DNA of 34,623 nt from a virus (Duplodnaviria > Caudoviricetes): positions 1-34,623 of the IMG/VR virus record IMGVR_UViG_3300048575_000501; one strand, given 5' to 3'. The position numbers were made by a program, and so were the translations under genes. Positions within the stretch are counted from its first letter, which is position 1; every line of letters begins with the position of its first letter. A model generated the notes under the pieces. That model saw nothing but the letters and a program-made list of their open reading frames with translations. It made no database searches and was not told where the DNA came from. Positions 31,798 to 34,623 of this stretch are shown here, in pieces.

Positions 31798-34623
31798 ATG
31801 TCTCAGACACCAGCCCAAGCTATTGCTTCGATCACCACGCTCGCCCCGTTTTTTGCTGCCTTCATGACTGGAGACGAAGATGCCACGGTCGATCTTGGCG
31901 ACGGTGGCGATCCGATCCCGTCTCTCCGCAAACTGGTTGCCGATTTTCCGACCGAAAGCGTGCAGGTCACTAGCATCTTAGCGGCACTAGATCGTTTATC
32001 TGTCACGTCTGGAATTTCACTGAAGCCATACAAGACCAGAGATCAAGCCGACGCGGCGAAAGCGACACTCGAAGATAGGACTGTGGTGCTCGTCTATGCC
32101 GACAGCGCCGAGGCAAACAACACTCTTTACGTGATTGAGGTGAACGCGGGAGTTCATTCTCTGGTGCAAGTTCAGGACCGCGTCGACCTTACGGTGAAGA
32201 ACCATGTCGCACTGTCGAGACCTTGGCTAACAGGAACCAACGCCGCTAGAAACCCTCTGTTCGATCGAGAGAGTGTAGGCTCTACTGGCGCTCCAAAGGA
32301 ATGGAACGTTACTTCCAGCGGCGCGGCGACCACTCAGGCCTCTTTCGTGTTGGAGGCCGTCGAGACACCGTTCAGCAATATTGCCTTCACGTCGACCCAC
32401 TATTGGAATGGGGCGGTCGGTACCGATATTCAGCTCAATCAAACCGTGCAGGTTCCGAAGCAGTACCTGGGTGATACCTCGCTTGTTGCGCGGTTTATCT
32501 ACTATGCCTTTGTTGACGCCACTGCGGCGGCGAAGGTCAGCTTGGAAGCCTTTTGCATGCTCAAGAATGCGCAGGGCACCTACATCGCTGCGGTATATCC
32601 GACCAAGGTTTCAACTGATGGTGCCGCTGGAACGTGGTTTCCCGTGGTCTTCGATGTTCCGGTAACTGATAGCTCGACTGCCTACGTGAATTTCGGCATG
32701 CGCCAAAATGCCTACCATGATCGCGGCACGTTTGCTGGTGCTGTCGTGCGCGCAACAGGGCTGTTCATCGGTTGGGATCGCTCCGATCAAACGATATTCG
32801 ACCGCAACTCTGCCGAAGAGATGGCCATGGCTGTTGCCAACGCGACCCCGTGGAAGACGGGCCTCAACACCATGATCAATCCCGTATTCTCACAGGATAC
32901 GGTTGGCCAGACGACGACGCCGACGGGTTACTCGGTGACATTTGGGGGTGCCCACGCTGTGCAGGCCGCATACATCATGGAGGCCTTCACCAATCCATTT
33001 GAAGCCGACAAGGTCCTCAAGGTTACGCACTACTGGGACGGGACACACGCCACAGACCTCCAGCTCAAACAAACTATCCCGATCCCTGCACGCTATCAGG
33101 GCACGACTACCCTTGTGGCACGGTTCATGTACTACGCCTTTGTTGACGCAACCGGCATCGGCAAGATCGACTTTAGCGCATTTGCCCAATCGCTTGACGG
33201 CGCTGGAGCGGTCATCAGTAGCTTTTATCCGACAAAGATTTCGGTCGACGGCCCCGTCAACACGTGGTTTCCGGTGATCTTTGATGTCCCAATTACCAGC
33301 GCATCTGCGAAAAGCCTTATGATTGATGCGCGCAACAGTGCGAAAGAGGACACAACATTTTCCGGCGCGATCGCCCGCCTCTCCGGTTTTTTTATGGGAT
33401 GGTCACGGCCTGAGCAGAAGGTCTACGACCGCAACCTGCAATTTGAGATGCAGCAGGCTGCGCAGGTCGCTATGAGGCTTTCGGTCGGCGCTTATGACCG
33501 GTACCAGGACACTCGCGGCAATATTCTGCCAATCGTTCCGAAGGACATCATCACTTGCTTTGGTGACAGCCTGACTGACGCCAACTGGGCGGCCACGCTC
33601 GCAAACAACTACTCGAACGCGGCGATTAGCAAGACCTGCAACAACTACGGCATCGGCGGTGAGCGCTCGGACGAAATCCTAGCGCGCATCAGAGGTTATC
33701 AGGTCAACACGAGCGGCATTAACTGGGCGAGCGGCACTATCCGGTTGAGGGCGCGCATCGCCGTGCCGCCACGAACGGTTGACGCTACGTACAGATCGGA
33801 TTGGTCGACCTATGGCGCCAGGATCTGCCGCCCGACCGCAGTGGAATTCTTTAACGCTGATGGGTTTATTGGAAAGAGCTATAGCCAGTTCACCGCGACA
33901 GCGACTGTGTCCGGAGATACCCTGACGGCCGCTGGACATCCGTTCCAGAACGGAGACATTGTCCACAGCAGGAACGGCACTGTCCCCACAGGCATGTACC
34001 GTTATAAGCCCTATTACGTCCGGGACGTCACGGCGAACACCTTCAAGCTTGCCGAAATGGACGGCGGTGCTGCGGTCACCTTTACATCGAGCGTGTCGAT
34101 CACGCTTTTGGGCGACTTCTATTTCGATTGGGCCTATACCACTGGGACCGATCACAACATCTCGGTCATCACCCATACGGATCACGACAAGGATCTTGTG
34201 ACGATCTGGATGGGTCAGAATGACTATGGCCAGTTGGTCGGCGGAAATGCAGCAAATGTCGCACCAACTGTGGCGGCCGTGATCTCAAACATCAAGGCAG
34301 CCATTGCCCAGCTGAAGACACTCGCCAAGCGTTTCGTTGTCCTCACCACAATCCCTAACGAGGCGTGGACCACAGGCACCCCGGAAAACAACGCGATGCT
34401 TCAGGTGAACAGTTCCATTAAACAGGAGTGGCCTGACAACAACGTCGACGTCTACGCAATGCTTCGGACACACGGCGACGGGAGTGCCAACGACAATGCT
34501 GACATTGCGAATGGGATCACGCCGCGCAGTCTGCGCGCTGATGCCATTCACCTGAACGCCACCGGCTACCAACTTGTCGCAGACGCAGTTTATGGTTGGA
34601 CCTATGCTACCCGGAAGTGGTGA
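31798..34623 (+). CDS. Tail fibre/spike with tandem carbohydrate-binding-like domains and SGNH/GDSL esterase domain
   Basis: 941 aa; N-terminal virion-anchor-like segment (TVD...G..IPSLRK); SGNH blocks FGDSLT, NYGIGGERS, WMGQND, DAIHLN. Confidence 0.8.
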   Translation: MSQTPAQAIASITTLAPFFAAFMTGDEDATVDLGDGGDPIPSLRKLVADFPTESVQVTSILAALDRLSVTSGISLKPYKTRDQADAAKATLEDRTVVLVYADSAEANNTLYVIEVNAGVHSLVQVQDRVDLTVKNHVALSRPWLTGTNAARNPLFDRESVGSTGAPKEWNVTSSGAATTQASFVLEAVETPFSNIAFTSTHYWNGAVGTDIQLNQTVQVPKQYLGDTSLVARFIYYAFVDATAAAKVSLEAFCMLKNAQGTYIAAVYPTKVSTDGAAGTWFPVVFDVPVTDSSTAYVNFGMRQNAYHDRGTFAGAVVRATGLFIGWDRSDQTIFDRNSAEEMAMAVANATPWKTGLNTMINPVFSQDTVGQTTTPTGYSVTFGGAHAVQAAYIMEAFTNPFEADKVLKVTHYWDGTHATDLQLKQTIPIPARYQGTTTLVARFMYYAFVDATGIGKIDFSAFAQSLDGAGAVISSFYPTKISVDGPVNTWFPVIFDVPITSASAKSLMIDARNSAKEDTTFSGAIARLSGFFMGWSRPEQKVYDRNLQFEMQQAAQVAMRLSVGAYDRYQDTRGNILPIVPKDIITCFGDSLTDANWAATLANNYSNAAISKTCNNYGIGGERSDEILARIRGYQVNTSGINWASGTIRLRARIAVPPRTVDATYRSDWSTYGARICRPTAVEFFNADGFIGKSYSQFTATATVSGDTLTAAGHPFQNGDIVHSRNGTVPTGMYRYKPYYVRDVTANTFKLAEMDGGAAVTFTSSVSITLLGDFYFDWAYTTGTDHNISVITHTDHDKDLVTIWMGQNDYGQLVGGNAANVAPTVAAVISNIKAAIAQLKTLAKRFVVLTTIPNEAWTTGTPENNAMLQVNSSIKQEWPDNNVDVYAMLRTHGDGSANDNADIANGITPRSLRADAIHLNATGYQLVADAVYGWTYATRKW
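32221..33470 (+). repeat. Tandem internal duplication (~209 aa, 627-nt period) in the tail fibre gene
   Basis: PWLTGTN..THYWNG..LVARFIYYAFVDAT..YPTKVSTDG..TWFPVVFDVP..DRN versus PWKTGLN..THYWDG..LVARFMYYAFVDAT..YPTKISVDG..TWFPVIFDVP..DRN (copies start at 32221 and 32848). Confidence 0.92.

Larger units (their letters stand above)
1..34623 (+). mobile_element. Mu-like transposable (pro)phage with non-contractile tail module; ends not in window
   Basis: MuA/MuB, Gam, GemA, Mor, Mu gp25-gp30-like, I/Z, T and gp36-like genes occur in Mu order on one strand with frequent ATGA/TGATG/TAATG couplings; no tail sheath gene recognised. Confidence 0.97.

Noticed and set aside
32221-33470. Tail-fibre duplication as a diversity-generating retroelement TR/VR pair
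   Set aside because: Both copies are in-frame coding domains, diverged at all bases rather than only adenines, and no reverse transcriptase is in the window
1-34623. CRISPR array, gin-type invertible segment, Mu end repeats, repressor/ner, mom/dam
   Set aside because: None seen; the window starts at the transposase ATG and ends at the fibre stop, so end-proximal modules are outside it

Overview
The whole window is the co-directional (+ strand) body of a Mu-like transposable (pro)phage, probably from a GC-rich alphaproteobacterium. It runs from the start of the MuA transposase to the stop codon of a tail fibre/spike gene. Gene order: MuA DDE transposase, MuB-type AAA ATPase, about 15 small early/accessory genes (including Gam and GemA), a Mor/C-family activator, lysis genes (SleB-type lysin, holin, nested spanins), TraR/DksA, Mu-type terminases, portal, gpF, protease/scaffold, decoration protein, major capsid, neck genes, and a non-contractile tail module (tube, frameshifted chaperone, tape measure, DUF1833-like, NlpC/P60, TipJ-like hub, SGNH fibre). 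The repressor/ner region and the phage ends lie outside the window. Most notable non-routine signals: (1) an intact initiator tRNA-fMet inside the late head operon with C in place of the near-invariant U33, followed by a structured spacer that can occlude the next gene's RBS; (2) three copies of a 22-bp palindrome, each followed after exactly 21 nt by a CAnnnT -10-like hexamer (late-promoter regulon, likely a leaderless lysin mRNA); (3) an early ORF resembling an acyl carrier protein that lacks the phosphopantetheine serine; (4) a central non-coding region at the position of Mu's strong gyrase site; (5) a -1 frameshift site, a nested TTG-start scaffold and several inserted orphan genes. All family assignments come from motif recognition and synteny, not database searches.
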